Part shown: positions 62,614-64,000 of the stretch, piece by piece | Position numbering within the stretch: position 1 is the stretch's first letter | Layout: each line of letters begins with the position of its first letter | Notes under the pieces: model-generated | What the model was told of the DNA's origin: nothing | Databases searched by the model: none | The model's input: the letters and a program-made list of their open reading frames with translations, nothing else | Program-made: the position numbers and the translations under genes | NCBI GenBank assembly: GCA_964016885.1 | Contig: OZ024750.1 | Coordinates: forward strand, 5,580,001-5,644,000 | Direction of reading: 5' to 3' | Length of the DNA stretch: 64,000 bases | Source: Eledone cirrhosa | Taxonomy: Eukaryota

Positions 62614-64000
62614 TAAATGCTGGAAAGCATTTTTTCTGACGCTTTAACGATTGCGCTATTCCATATATATGAAAATAATTTACATTGCTAAATTCATTCC
62701 ACTCCACGTGTTATTGAATTAAATAACTGTCCACCAAGAATTTATCAAGTTGTAGTCGTACGAACAATATATATAATTTCTCCTAATTCAATGTTCAACA
62801 CAGTACAAGGTAGGGTGGGGGTGTCGGGTGGGGGTGGAGCTGTTGTCACAGTGGTGGGGCATTCTAGCTTTTGGTGTTACGGAGGTGCCAAGTTAGAATA
62901 CACATGTCAGTACACAACAGACACATACATACGTATATAATACACCCCATATATATATATATATATACACATATATATATATGTGTATATATATGTGTAA
63001 ATATATATATATATGTATATATATCTATATATATATATATATATACATATATATGCACATATATATATATATATGTATATATATATGTGTATGTATCATC
63101 TGTGTATGAGTGTGTGTGTGTATGTATCTGCATGTATGTATATATGCCCACCCACACTCGCAAGCACACACACACACACACACACACGCACATATATATA
63201 CATATATATATATGCGCATTTGAGCATAAAAGCTTTTTACTTGAGGAATATTTTCCCACAGTTCTTATTGAAGCGGAGTCAGTTGGGGTGAAATAGCGCA
63301 AAGAATCAACAAAGAAAACTAAAAGACATTATATATATATATATATATATATACATACATACACACACACATATATATAAACACACATACATACATATAT
63401 ACACCAAAAGCTCCCTCCACCTCCAGAAAAAAACCTCCAAATTGAAATCAGCCCATCACAAGCAAGCTAGGCTTTACTCATGTGTGATAGTGAAAACACG
63501 AGAAAAAGACGAGGAGAGGTGATGATGATATTAGCATAGAAGAGGGGAAAAAATTCAAGCAGCGAAGACAGAATAGAAGAAAATGGTGACAAAGAAGAAG
63601 ATAAAATAGATTAACCCCACACCACCCTACCCCACCCCACACACACAAAAACCGTAACGCATAAAAGATGACGAGAAGAAAAGAAGGCAGACGAAAGAGA
63701 TAAATACCCAGCCCCCTGCAAAGATAAGAAGAATTTATAGCTAAAATCTGACGGTTACTCAAACGTCTCTAGCCCCTTAACCCTTTCATCACCACATTTC
63801 TAATGAAAACATTGCATATAATTTTCAAATAATTTTTGAAAATAATGAAGAATTTAGAGTAGCGTTTCTCACCCTAACCCTTGTGAAATCCTTGAAATAG
63901 TTTCCATGTCTCAGGGAACCCCTGCATAAAACTTGAAACAATGCAATCGAAATGAATGCTTGCATGATTTCACAGCTTTAGCATCACTCCTTCATAGTCA

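Overview
This window is AT-rich, microsatellite-dense eukaryotic genomic DNA. The tRNA-derived SINE families and the (TA)n/(CA)n/(GA)n load look like an octopod/cephalopod genome; this is inference and the species cannot be determined here. Almost all ORFs in the supplied track are translations of simple repeats or SINEs. I could assemble one protein-coding gene by eye, on the minus strand: five frame-compatible GT-AG exons (21141-20950, 9244-9114, 8399-8315, 6250-6095, 270-148), continuing off the left edge. It encodes an N-terminal transmembrane anchor followed by a charged helical region resembling the Ellis-van Creveld EVC/EVC2 (limbin) family. The rest is repeats: dozens of SINE copies, often inserted into each other's tails; fragments of RTE, CRE and CR1/L2-group LINEs; Tc1/mariner- and hAT-type MITEs, some nested; and a 200-N gap at 58671-58870. 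The most unusual signal is a set of short elements sitting in (TA)n tracts that carry type I hammerhead ribozyme cores (CUGANGA...GAAA...UH). About nine sites from four or five families are present, two apparently intact. They occur alongside a cluster of long near-perfect palindromes, including a 236-bp spacerless one. Together these suggest Penelope-like or retrozyme-like elements that target microsatellites and generate fold-backs.
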